This document shows positions 23,501 through 35,992 of a stretch of 64,000 nt of DNA, piece after piece (the stretch's first letter is position 1; every line of letters begins with the position of its first letter). Source of the DNA: Raillietiella orientalis (lineage: Eukaryota); contig JAYWIR010000005.1 in the NCBI GenBank assembly GCA_036172245.1, forward strand, positions 2,356,001-2,420,000, in the 5' to 3' direction. The position numbers were made by a program, and so were the translations under genes. A model generated the notes under the pieces. The model was not told the DNA's origin, searched no databases, and saw only the letters and a program-made list of their open reading frames with translations.

Positions 23501-26359
23501 CCCTTTCCAAATCCAGGAGGCAGGCGGTGCAGGGGGAACTCCTCGCAGAACTCGCGGACCGAGACCTTCAAGAGGTCCCAATCTTTGAGACTGCGGAGGG
23601 TGACGCTTCTCAGTAATTCGCGAAGGTGTTCCTTCGCACCTGTGAGCTGCGTACAGTCCCCAGGCAACCGCCACGCCCTGGCCTGGGGTCCCTTATCGCG
23701 CGGGCATACCTCGGCGATTAACCTGGAATGGTCCGACAGCGTCGACGCAACTTTTCCCCGTTTGCCGACCCGCGAGCACAGGTCGACATCCAGGAAGAAG
23801 TGGTCGATCCAGCGGTCCATTCCCTCCGCGTCCGCCAACAAGTTGCGCGTGCGCATGGCAGCGCACAACTCGTTGGCCCTGCGTTCTTGTGCTTCGGGCT
23901 CACCTGACAGCAGACGGAGATTAAAGTCCCCAGCCATCAGGTGTGCCTTCCGCACGTTCGTATCGGCCAGCCAGTCGCGCTTCATGGTTTCCAGCAAGCT
24001 GGTACGGTCGCTGTATCCTTCTTTCCCGCTTAGGGCGTACACGTTCGTGACGATCAATTCGATCGAGTCTGACCAGCTGAGAATCAGCTGACCGACCCGA
24101 CCGTCGTCATCGAAGCGTACGCCTTTCACGGCAGCGTCGATGGCCGGCTTCACGAAAAATGCGACCCCACAGGTGTTGCGGGCAACGCATCGCCAATACA
24201 GTCGACCCCCTCGCGATCGTCTCGATCTCCTGGGCGTCTGCCGCTGTGATCACGTGGATCTCCTACAGCAGCGCCAGGTCGAGCTCACGCAGGGTGTCGG
24301 CCGTATCTCGCCTTTTGCCGTCGTCGCGGAGCCCGTTGACGTTCCAACAGGCCGCGCGAATCCGACGGCGACTGGCGAGTCCAGGTGGTAGTCCTGGGAA
24401 AACGGCGATGCGGCGTCCGCCACCTGCTGCGGCGGGACGCTAGGTGGAGGGGGAGGGGGGACAGGTACTCAAAGCACCTGTTCCTCCTCCTCCATCGGTG
24501 CCGGCGCGTCGGCCGGATCACCCGAAGGTGGAGTCGCGCCTACCTGTTCGCCTTCCTCCATTGGTTCGCGCTGCTCAGGTTTCGCGACTGCAGAGAGGAA
24601 TTCACCCCCCTGCTCACCCTCCTCCATGAGAGTGGCCGACTCGACGCTTCCGGGCATGGGTATTCCCCCTCCGGGATTCCCACGCTGCCGCTTCCTTCCG
24701 GCTTCTCCTCCTTGCTGGTGGAGGGGAGGCGCCTCCTGGGTTTCTGGGACTTGCGTCCCGACTTCCTGGGGGGTGCCTCCGAGGAGGAGGATCCGCTTCC
24801 AGCCCCCAGGTCGCACTCACCTGCGGGGGCCTTCTCCGTCGTAGCCGACCTGCGTACGCCCTTTCGCGACGGGGTTTCGCGCTCGGAGAGCGTTGCTGCG
24901 AGCTCCTCCGCCGTTTTCTCGAAGGCCGCGTCTTCGCCAGCGGCGACCGTTGCCGCGGGCCGCTCCGCGACCTTATCGAGCGGGCGTCATCGCTGACGGC
25001 GAACGTTGCCGCGGGCTCCTTCGCGACATTATCGAGCGCGGCGTCCTGGCTGTCGGCGCGCGAGTCTCGCGTCTCACCCTCTAAACGTAGATTGGGCTCG
25101 TCCACGCGAGTATTCATCGCGTCCGCATTAGCTGTTCCGCGAACATTGCCGCGGGCGTACGCGGCAGGAACGGCTAAGCGATCCAGTGCCACCGAGCATT
25201 CGCGGAGTTGTTTTTTTTTTGAAAGCTGCACGGCCTTTTTCTTGTTGCCGGCAGTTCTCTTCTCCGACTTTTCTTCTGGCATAAATTTCCTTTTTTTTTT
25301 TCTTTTCTTGCCTGAACCAGCTGCCAACCCTCCTCCATTTCTGGGTTCACGGGAGCTCTTTCCTCCGACGTCTGTACGGGAGGAAGGGAGGCTGGCAGTT
25401 GGGAACGGCAATTTTCCCGAGCTGGTCTTTCTACCAGCTTTCCACGTTTTCCCAGCGCCTTTTTGGCGGCAGGGGGAACCGGGGTGGGGCGGTTGGGGCA
25501 CACGCGCAGAACGTGACCCTTTTCGCCGCATAGGTGGCACACAATGTTCGGGCACCTTTTTCGTAGATGCCCTACTGCATTGCAGTAGCCACAAAATTGG
25601 CGTTTCCCCACGTACCAGAGGTCCACCGCTTCTTGTCAGACCTCCAGCTTGTGGGGAAGCGCACCACCCTCTTTTACGGTGATACGCGCCGCAGCTTGAC
25701 CTCCGAAAAGGCTATTGTCGCCTTGAAAAATCGTGGACTTCGGCCACAACGCGTGCACTTCTCCGTGCTTTTGTAACTGTTCGCGAACCGCTGACCTTGT
25801 CATGCGAATGGAGATCCCAGTAAGATGGACCACCACCGAGCGGTCCATCGTTATCAACAAGATCTTCCGACCATCAACGATCAGCGGGTCGGTGATCAGG
25901 TGTCAGGCCAAGGTGATATCCTTGCATACCACCTCGACCCGGTGCCTGCCGCTGAGGACGCAGAGGCCGTCCAGATCTATTTCGAAGATATTGGCGTTCT
26001 GCAGCGCCTTCGTAAAGGCGCGTGCAGTTCGCCCATCGAAAAGGTTGCCTACCTTGTAGACTAGTGACGGTTTATACCCCGCTTTCTTCTAGGCTTCCAT
26101 CTCAACCATGGCTTCCACACTAGGCGCGGCCACCATGGCGCTTCATGACCTCGGCGTCGCCGGGGACGATTCCGAGGCGAATGCCCCTGATCCAGTAGGC
26201 TGCGGAGACGAACAAGCCTCCATCACTCCTACTTCCATCGCGGTGTCCTCTGGCAACGCTGCCATCGGACACCGACGATGTGCACGCACAAATCACTCAA
26301 GAAGAAAAAACACTCGCTTTGCCACGCAGGCGGAGCGCAGGAAAAGCACGTCCGCTCTC
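20574..26359 (-). mobile_element. Near full-length (~5.8 kb) subfamily B element, decayed
   Basis: Both termini present (5' GAGCGGACGTGCTTTT; 3' hairpin-GGCAAC). ORF1 pieces 24390-26265, APE 23461..24153, RT/CCHC 20792..22654 (AYADD). Confidence 0.94.
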
Positions 26360-26376
26360 CACAGCGGGGATTCGGC

Positions 26377-29300
26377 GTTGCCACCCGGGTACGCCCGGGG
26401 CGTTTATTTATACAAAACTTTACAATCGCGGTACCAGGCCCCGCTCACGGCCTTATGCACGGGACCTACCGGGACGCTGGGACGCAGCCCGGCGTGGCAC
26501 TCCCCGGCAACGAAAGGGGATGGGGAAAAACAAAAATAAAAACAAAAAGGCAAACAAACAAATGAGGATGGACAGCAGGGAAGGGATCACTGTTCGCTGA
26601 GAGGAGGGCCCATCCGTTGAAGGAAGCCCTCGAGGTCCATCCGTAGATTCCCCAGTTGGGGCCATCCAGCAGCTCTCCGCAAGAAGCGTTGGGCATATGG
26701 GATGACATCCCTCGCGTGTTGACCCACTCCTTCCTTGTTGGTGTCGCTCCATGCCGCCACGATGCCTCGGACGCAGCACAAGGCTGCAACGGCTGCGGCT
26801 GGCTGCAGGGCGTCCTTCACGAAGAGGGGCCGAAGAACGTCTCTAGGGGAACTGCCCGTTGGGAGACCGAGGATCGTCCCAAACCGTTCCCAAAGGGGAC
26901 GAAGGGCAGCACAGTCCACAATAAGCTGGGAGAGCGATTCCCGCTCTCCGCACCTGACACACGCAGGATCCACAACTCCTCTTGTCCAGTGAGAGCGGCG
27001 TGCGTTGCAGGGTAAACCCGAATGCAACAGGAGCAACGCCGACTCTTTCCACTTAAGGGGCAGGATCCTGGATTCCTAAAGAAGCGGGGGCCACTTCAGC
27101 ACATCCATAGGGATGGCCAGCAGCTCGCCACATCTTCTTAGTCCTCGCGGCTGGGCGCTTGGGGTCGTGGCGTCCGCCAGTTGACCCATTGTCCAGCCGC
27201 TGATTCTCTTCTCATGTCCCTCGATGCAGCAGGAGACTTTCCACCTTGGCGTCCGACTGCTGTGAAGCGCCCTCCTAAAGGGGGGCAGCGCCGTAGCCAG
27301 GCAGGTAGTCTCTGCCTACGTGCTTCTTCCTGGATTCTCCAGGAGATTCCTCAGAGTGCAGCGGGCGTAGGGGCTGCGTCGGAGACGATTCCACGTTTCG
27401 TGGCTTTTCTGATTCACCACTGCCCACGTTTCGATGTCCTCCTCCAGCCAGGCGGGGGGTTGGCGGGGCAGCAAACCATCCAGCTGTTCTCCTTGGCCAA
27501 TGTTGCCATGTGCCCGAGCAGTAGGCCGCATGTTCGCAACTTCCGGCCACGGCTCAGAAGAAAAGACGCGAGTCCATCGCACCGGGACACACGGCTGGCC
27601 AGGAGGCGGGCCGGAGTGCACCAAGGGGTGCTCCACATCTTCGCTGCGATGGCGAGGGTTCGCCACCGCAGCTGCTTCTCCACGCGCTCCAGCGTCAGGA
27701 GGCCAAGACCGCCGTCCCGACGCGGAGCGCACAAGTCCTTCAGAGGGACTCGGGCACTCCCCTTGCCCCAAAGGGCGATACGGTGGAGGTCCTTTGTCCT
27801 CTTCTTCGATTCCACGGTGAGGGGGCAAACAAAAAGCAAGACGCGGAGGATGAGGGCCGCGCAGGCGTTCCAAACCGCAACCCTTTCCGGCAAGTGAAAC
27901 TTGCCTTCCAGGAACGGGCCGATCGCCGTCTCGACTTTTTGGAGGCAGCTGGACCACGCTTCCGCAGGGAAGAAGTCCCCCAACAGCAGACCCAGGTACT
28001 TGATGCACTTCACTGTGGGCATTCCTAGACGGACCCAGTCCTACTACCCTGCCCACGCCGCTCCAACTGGCACAACCGACGATTTCGCCCTGTTTACCTG
28101 TAATCCGACCCCACGGCTAAGCAGGTCGAAGAAATGTCCGACCGCCTTCGTCGGGGTCGACATAGGTAAGAGGAGCAGAAGGTCGTCGGCATGCGCCTCT
28201 CTGGCTGGCGTGCCGGGGCAGGAGCTCGGCAATGGGGCGAAAGTCACCCAGTACGCTCTCAGCACGAACTCAGCGTAGGTGCTAAAGAGCAGGGGGCTGA
28301 GGCTGTCGCCCTGCCTTATGCCCCGCCGCACCGGCACGCAATACACCTTTTGACCAATGTAAGTAATCGAAATAATTGCGTTCCGCCAGCAAGAGCGCAG
28401 CTAGGTAATCAGGGAGGGTGGGAAGCCCATGCGACACACGAGATCCAAGAGGAGTTCCTGGTCAACACAGTCGAATGCCTTATGAATGTTTACTGCGATC
28501 GCTAAGGCACCTTTCCCGCATGAGTGTATCTACCCTGTCCCACTAGGGGACCCAAAGTAGGGTTGTAAATTTTCCCTTTTTCTTCTTTCTTACTCCGCTG
28601 CGCGTACATGCATGTGCTCGCGAAGAAGAGGTTGTCCTCCATACTTCGCCCGGGAACAGCGTAAGTCGGCTCCGGGCTAATCATGGAATTGGACACCTGC
28701 CCCAATTGGGACGCCCACAGCCCGGCGATCAACTTGGCGTCCGTGTTTACAATCGTGATCGGACGCCAGTTGCAAAGTTTCCTGAGGTCTCCTCGCTCCG
28801 GGGGGAGCCTCACCCTGGGTGACCGAAAGGAGGCGGGAACATCGCCTTTGTCTCGGATTCGCCTTGTCAACTTGAGCGCCAGGGTGGCCAGCTCTTTCGC
28901 GAAACTCTGAAAGAACTCTGCGGGCAAGCCGTCCTCCCCTGGCGCCTTACGCCTCTTCAGCCTTTTGATACCGGCGACAATTTCACCGGTCGTGAAAGGC
29001 TCATCGAGGCTTTCTCTCTCCTCTTCTTCTATCGCCACGGAACCACTTATGAGTAATCGCATTGAGGCGTCTCGTTCGGGTGCTGTTTTGGCGTAAAGGG
29101 AGGAATAAAAACACCGCACGAGATTCCGAACCGCAGACGCAGACGAACGTTGCCGGCTAGGTCATCCAGCATGCTGGCTGACCCGGATTGCCAAGCTTGT
29201 AGCTCGGCTCCGGCGCGGTATTCGGCCAGGGGACGGATATTGGCGTTTCTCTCTTGGCGACGCGCGTGCAAATACGCGCGTTTGTTGCGAGCCCCTTTGC

Positions 29301-30876
29301 CGAATCTTCGAGGCAGACGTTGCACAGAGAGCTGTTCGCAGAACTCCCGGACCGAGTCCCTCAATAGGTTCCAATCCGCGAGAATCTGGAGAGTTACGCC
29401 TCGCAGGAATTCGCGAAGATGTTCTTTCGCTCCTGACAAGCGCGTCCAGTCCCTTGGCATACGCCAATCCCTGGATGGCGATCCCTTCTCGCGCGGGCGC
29501 GTCTCGAATGATAAGCCGGAATGGTCCGACAGCGTCGATCCAAGTGTCCCTCGTTTTACGATCCGTGTGCACAGGTCTTCGTCAAGGAAGACGTGGTCCA
29601 CGCTGCTGACCATCCCGTGTATTTCTGTCGACAAGTTGCGCGCGCGCATGGCGGCGCACAACTCGTTGATCGTGTTTCCCTATGCTCCGGGCTGATCTGA
29701 GAGCAGGCGGACGTTGAAATCCTTTGCTAGCAGATGCGCCATTCGCACGTCCGTGTCCACCAGCCATCCGCGCTTCAAGGTTTCCAGTTTCGCGTTTCGC
29801 TGTTGGTATCCCTGTTTACCGATAGGACCGTACACATTGGTGACGATGAGGTCGATCGATTCAGACCATCTGAGAGTCAGTTGGCCGATCCGTCTTTCGT
29901 CCCCAAAGCGCACGCACTTCACGGCCGCGTTGATGGCTGGCTTTAGAAAAAAGACGACACCACAGGTGATGCGGGTGCCGTATCTCCAGTACAACCGCCC
30001 CTCCTCGATCGTTCCGATCTCCGGGGCGTCTTTTGCGGTGATCACGTGGATCTCCTGCAAAAGCACCAGGTCGAAATCTCGCAAGGTGGCGGCTGTGTAC
30101 CGTCTGTTTCCGTCGTCGCGCAGCCCGTTGACATTCCAACTGGCCACGCGGATCCGACGGCGACAGCCGAGTCCAGGTGTTATTCCTGGGAACCTGGCGG
30201 TGGGGCTTCCGCCACCTTTTGGGGCGGGTCCTTGGACGGGGCTGGCGTCTTGCTTACCAACTCCCTATCCTTCTTACGTGCCTACGTCTCCGGCTTCTTG
30301 TGCTAAGGTGTTGCTCGTACCTGTTGGCCCACATATATTGGTGCGGGTGGTTCAGGTTCGGCGGATTCAGGGGGCATTGCTGACCCCTTCTTACCCTCCT
30401 CCATTGGAGTCGCCTCCTCGTCGGCTTCCGCACTTGGCTGATGCCCGACTTGGGCTTCCACGCTGCTGTCCATTGGTTCCTGGTCCATTGCATCCCCCTT
30501 GCGCGGAGGCGGAATGCACCTTCGGGGTTGCTGGGATTTTCGCTCCGCTTTCCTTGGTGGTGCTTCCGCAGAGGAAGATGCACTTCCGGATTCTCGTTCC
30601 GACTCAGCTGCGGGGGCCATTTTAGCCGCTGACGGCCTACGCATCACCTTCCGCGAGGGGTTTTTGCGTTCGGCAAGCGTCGCCTCAAGCTTCTCCGTGG
30701 CCTTCTCGGAGGCTAGGTCCTCGGTTTCGGCGAGTTTGTCCCCCTCTGACCCTCTTTGCAAGCAGGTGGTGGGTTTTTGCGCGCAACCGTCGCAAAGGGA
30801 AAATTGATTGAAGACGTATCGCCTGCGGTGGTGTCGGCTGGAACGTCAATGCGCTCCAGCGTAACGTCCGCTCGCC
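26377..30876 (-). mobile_element. Subfamily B' element with both termini but an internal deletion of 5' UTR and ORF1 N-terminus; decayed
   Basis: 3' motif 26377-26408, RT pieces 27414-29119, APE 29680..30147, ORF1 tail 30303..30761, 5' motif GAGCGGACGT at 30864-30873. Confidence 0.9.
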
Positions 30877-33826
30877 ACAGGTTCCGTCGACGGGCTGAGG
30901 AACGACCGGGCATACCATCACGCCCGTCTTTACTCTAGGATTTCCGACGTTTGACGCCTGGCGGAGTATAAAGCTGTGGCTGAGCGACAGATTTGGCAAT
31001 CCGGGTCAGAATGCTTGCTGGACGCCCTCGGCCAGGAATACTCAGCTCCAGCGAAAATGAACCGCATCCTGCGTAACTTTTACTCCTTCTTGTACGCGCG
31101 TAGGACAACAGAGCACGCCGTGGCGCAGCGGTTGCTCTCGCAAGGCGCTGCCGCGTTACGGGAGTAGCAGAAACATCAACTCGAGGAGCCTTTCTCGATG
31201 GCGGAGATCATCTTCGCCATCGGAAAGCTCAGAAAGAGGAAAGCACCAGGGGAAGACGGTCTTCCCGCGGAGTTCTACTGAGGCTTCGTGGCGGAGCTGG
31301 CCTTCCTGGTGCATCGGCTTTGCATGCTGATCCGAGAACAAGGGGACGTCCCCAAATCGTTCCGGTCAACTATAGTACGTCTCTTTTTGAAAGAAGAAGA
31401 CAATCGCAACGTAGGTAACTGGCGTCTCATAACAGCAGTGAATGCGGATGCGAAGTTGCTTGCCAAGCTTTGGGCTGAGAGACTGAGACGAGTGGCGGAA
31501 TCCGTGGTGAGTCCTGAGCAGACATACGCTGTTTCCGGACGAAGAAGCATGGTGGTCAACTTGTTCCTCGCCAGTACATGGTGGCAGTTGCCACAAAGCG
31601 AAGACCAGGGAGGTCAAGAGAATCCTGGATTCTTCTCTCACCAGGGAGGGGACGCCCTCCATGGAAGAGCCGAACCCGGTGCTCTTGCGGTCGCAGTCGA
31701 TTTGCATAAAGCATTCGACTGTGTCGACCAGAGGCTCCTGCTTGAGCTCCTGCAGCGCTTGGGCTTCCGGGTCTCATTGCTGATCTACTTGCGATCCTGC
31801 TGGCGCGACGGGCTTATCCAGATCTTTCTCAGTGGACACAGCGTGCACAGCGTACCGGTACGACGCGGCATACGGCAGGGAGACAGCCTGAGTCCCTTGC
31901 TCTTCAGTACATACTTCGAGTTCGTACTGAGAGCGTACAGGGAAACTCTAGCGAACCTGCCGCGCGACTATCCCGGTACGCCCGCGGTGTCAGCATGTGC
32001 GGACGTCCTACTGCTGCTGCTTCCTATGTCCACCTCGGCTTCGGCGGTCGAGCAGTTCTTCGACCTGCTAAGTCGGGGAACCGGGCTTGAGGTGAACAGG
32101 GCGAATTCGTCCGTCATGCCAATCGGTACGGCGTGGGCAGGGCAGCCGGACTGGGTCCATTTGGAAGTCCCCAGGGTACGGTACTTCAAGTACCTCGGTG
32201 TACCGATGGGTGATTATCTCCCTTCGGATGCGTGGTCCAGCTGCCTTGAAAAGGTAGAGACGGCGATCGGCCCGTTCCAAGGCCGCAGGTTTTTCCTGCC
32301 GGAACGGGCCGCGGTGTCGAACGCATTCGCGGCGCCCCTCCTCCGTTCCCTGCTTTTTGTTTGTCCCCCCACCACAGAGACTAAAAAGCGGACGAAGGAC
32401 CTCCTAAGGATTGCCCTGTGGGGTAATGGAACGGCCCGAGTCCGGCTTGAGGACTTGAGCGCTCCGCGTCCGGACGGCGGTCTTGGCCTCCTGACGCTAG
32501 AGCGACTGGAGCTCCAGCTCCAGTTTTGGTTACTCGCCCTAGTGGCGAAATATTGGAATAGCAGTTGGTGCGAGCTTGCGCGTCTCCTCGTCGAGCAGGC
32601 TATAGGCAAGGTGGGGCTGTCATCCTTCCTTGCGCTCCGTTGTCGCCGCCAAGTCGGTCACTGCGGGTTGCAGCTACGGAGAGTGGCTGAACTGATGAGC
32701 AAGAACGCAGGATGGCTCTGCTGTCGCCTTGTTAACGGACCTGCATGGCTGCAGGAATCGGTTCAGACGTGGGCAAAGAGCAACCAGCAACGCACCCAAG
32801 GAGGGCAGAGACAATTCTTCGCCCGTAATAACCGCCTGACGCTCCGGGAGCTCCTGGAAAACTCCCAAAAACGAGCGTGGGCAAGAAGAACTCCCCTCCC
32901 TGCAATGCTGTTTCCGCTAGCGGAACATTTAAAGGGCAACACTGCTACGAAATGGGATGCTTACGTCAAAATATCCGGTACGGACAAAGAGATCGGGGAA
33001 TCAAAAACCGGAATTCCCTGCGATACTGCGACCCGGACTACCAACCCTATTGGACATCTGCGTTGGGGCGAGCTGCTTAATGTTCCACGGGAACAATTTA
33101 AGTGGCCCCCGGTGCTGATGAACACCTCCACCCTCCCCTTAAAATGGCAGGAGTCGGCGCTATTGTTGCTGCATTGGGGACTCCCCTGCAACGCCCACCG
33201 ACACCATTGGACCTGGGGAGCGGTGAGCCCTAATTGTGCGAGGTGTGAAGAACTGAAGTCTCTCACTCACCTCCTTTTGGATTGTGTGGCCCTTCGGCCC
33301 CTTTGGAACCGTTTTGCCGCGGCAATCGGTAACCCCTGTGGCAACCTCAGAGACGCAATTAGATCTCTCTTCGTTTGCGACGCCCTTCGGCCCTCGTCCG
33401 CGTTAGCAGCTCTGTGCTGCTTTCGCGGGATCGTCTCTGCATGGAGCAAAGCAACAGGAGGACCTCGCGATAAGGGTGCCGTCCAGTGCGCAGCCGAATT
33501 TATGCAAACGGCGACACGATGGACCCATCTGGATTCAAACATCCAAAAACAGCTTGCCGGCATTCTGCAAAGGATGTAACGGCCCCACTGCAGACTGTGA
33601 TCCCTCCCCTTCCCCCCAGATCTTGATTTTATTTATTTCTTTATTTTGTTTTATTTTCTCTTTTGTCCTTGGCCCCTTTGCTGTCGTGGTGGACCGTACT
33701 GGAATGCGAACCGGTGACCCGGCAGGCTTCATATTGCATACTAGTGCGTGGCCGGACCACCTGGTCAGCCACCAACTTTTGTTTTATTCCAAACAATAAA
33801 CGCCCCAGCGCAACCGGGTGAAAAAC
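30877..33826 (+). mobile_element. Subfamily D element, linker-RT-CCHC-3' UTR
   Basis: 763-aa ORF 31288..33579; terminal motif 33795-33826. Confidence 0.93.
31288..33579 (+). pseudogene. ORF2 RT + C-terminal CCHC, long open stretch but catalytic YADD changed to CADV
   Basis: DLHKAFD, GIRQGDSLSPLLF, VSACADVLLLL, CARCEELKSLTHLLLDC; upstream stops at ~31166 and ~31278. Confidence 0.88.
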
Positions 33827-35992
33827 GAGCTCTCGAACGGCCAAGGTCCGGAGATGCTGGCGGAGGCTCTCCGTAGCCACCGGATTTCTCAATCAGTCGG
33901 CCGGCAACCTCCAGACGTGCATCGGAGGGCACTTGGAAGGCGGGAATAGCTCAAACTCCAGCCTGTAGTGGTCGGAAAGCTCGGACGGAACGGGACCTCT
34001 TCGACCCACCCGACAATGCAGGTGATCGTCGAGGAACACATGGTCCGGCAAAGCACGCATCCCGGGATCGTCGGCCAGCAAATTCAAGGCGGGCACGGAC
34101 GCGCACACGTCGTTCACCACCCGTTTCTCCCGGAGACGGTGAGACTCCTCCGATAGCGCGTGAACGTTGAAATCCCCAGCTACGAGGTGAGCCACGTCGG
34201 GGCCGGAGTTGCTGAGCCAGCGGTCGCGCAGTCTCTTGAGAAACTCCAGTTTTTCGGTACGACGCGCGGAGCCGCTCGGCGCGTACACGTTCGTGACGAC
34301 AAGGTTGATCGATTCGGACCACTTGAGAACAAGTTGTCCCACACGACCTTCCTCGTCAAAACAAACGCTCCGCACCGCTCCCGCCACCCTGCCCCGGACA
34401 AGGAATGCGACTCCGCAGGTATTCTGGGAGCCTGACCTCCAATGGAGCGTCCCGCCTGCGCGAACTTGCAGATCGGCCGCTTGCTGCTCGGAGAGTGCGT
34501 GAATCTCCTGCAGCAGGGCCAGATCGAAGTCGCGCAAGACGTTGACAACCAATCGCCTCTTCACGTTGTCCTGCAGCCCGTTGACGTTTCAACAGGCCAC
34601 TCGGACGCGACGGGAAGAAGCGAGACGGCGCATTGCTGCTACGGACATGGAGGTGCGTTCCTCGCCCCGTCCGGCGAGGCATCAGCCGGGAGCACGGCGG
34701 ATGAGGTAGCGCGAGCGCTTCCTGTCCCCGCCGCGCCGCTCGCGGCCGGCTCGGTGGAGTCGAGGACCATTGCCTCGGGCTCCGAGGAGCATCGGGAACC
34801 GTTCCCGGCATCAGGCTCTTGCCTGGCAAGTTTTGGCTTGCGCGCAGCCCTGGCCTTGACCGGGGCTTGGCGTGCCTTAGAGCTGCCCTTGGACTCCAGC
34901 TCGGAGGCCGAATTGCGCGTGCGCGCCGGGCGTTTTGCCTGCCTCTTTTTTTGCTGGCAGCCCCATGCTGGTCCAGCACTCTTAGAGGGTGCCTTCGTCG
35001 CCGATCTCCCTTTCGGGGTCACGGCTTCGGCGGCTCCCCTCTCGCCGCGGGTGTTTGCGACGGCGCGCGCGGCGGCAGCAGAGGCTTTTCCTTGCGCCTT
35101 TCTGGGCGCGCGGGGTTGCCTCTTCACCCTGCCTACCTTTTTGATCGGGAAGTGGGAAGGATCGCGCGATTTGCGCTCCTTCTTTCCCCCGACGAAGGTC
35201 CAGTTATCCTCGCCGCCTTCCTATTTGCCTCGGTTGGGCGCGAGGGCTTCCAGCGTCCTTCGCATCCTTTCCAAGGCCTCGGATACGGCGATGGAGGCCA
35301 GTGTCTCCTTCACCACGTCTGCCTTTTGCACCTCCTTACCGGAAGGCTTGGGCAGAGTGGCGGGATTCTCGGGGGTCGCGCGAGGCTTTTCAGCCTTTGC
35401 TCGCGTTCGGCCCGCCGTGGCCGGCTTGCCTGTCGCGGGCAAAGGGGCGCGCGACCCCTTTTTTGTAGCTCCGGTGTACTTCCCGGGCGTGCCACCGCTA
35501 TTTCTCTCCGGAGCGAGAGCGGACGGAAGCGGCGGTTTTGCAGTCTGCCCGAGGTTTTTTCCAGACTGCTTTGCTCGGGGCTTGTTTTTAGCAGCTTGGA
35601 GAAGCTTTTTGTCGTTTTGCGCGGGCTTTTGAAGAGCATTGCTCCCAGACACGCCCGCGCAATCGGACTTTTTGCTTGTCCGCTGCGGAACCTCGTTCGC
35701 GCCGGATTTCTGCCCCGACGACGGGGCGGATGGAGTCAGCGCGGACGGCGATGTTGCGGGGATGTTTCTCGCCCTCCTCTTTCGTTTTAGCTAGGCGCAC
35801 TCGTTAATCGAGTGGCCGAGCAGCTTACAGTATCGGCAACTGCGTGTTGGGCACTTCCGTGGACGGTGGCCCTCCTTCCCGCAGTTGCCGCAAGCTGGGG
35901 TTTGCCCGGCAAACCGGTGATAGACGACGACGTCACCAAGGGGGATCTGCGAAGGCATGAGCCTCCGGTCGTCCATGGTGACGCGCGCCGTC
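33827..35992 (-). mobile_element. Subfamily E-like fragment: ORF1 C-terminal half and APE
   Basis: CGNCGKEGHRPRKC and CRYCKLLGHSINEC (35791..35976); APE ORF 33893..34564. Confidence 0.88.

Noticed and set aside
31288..33579. Bacterial RT system (group II intron, retron, DGR)
   Set aside because: The RT comes with an N-terminal APE, a zinc-knuckle ORF1, a C-terminal CCHC and TSDs, which is non-LTR retrotransposon architecture.
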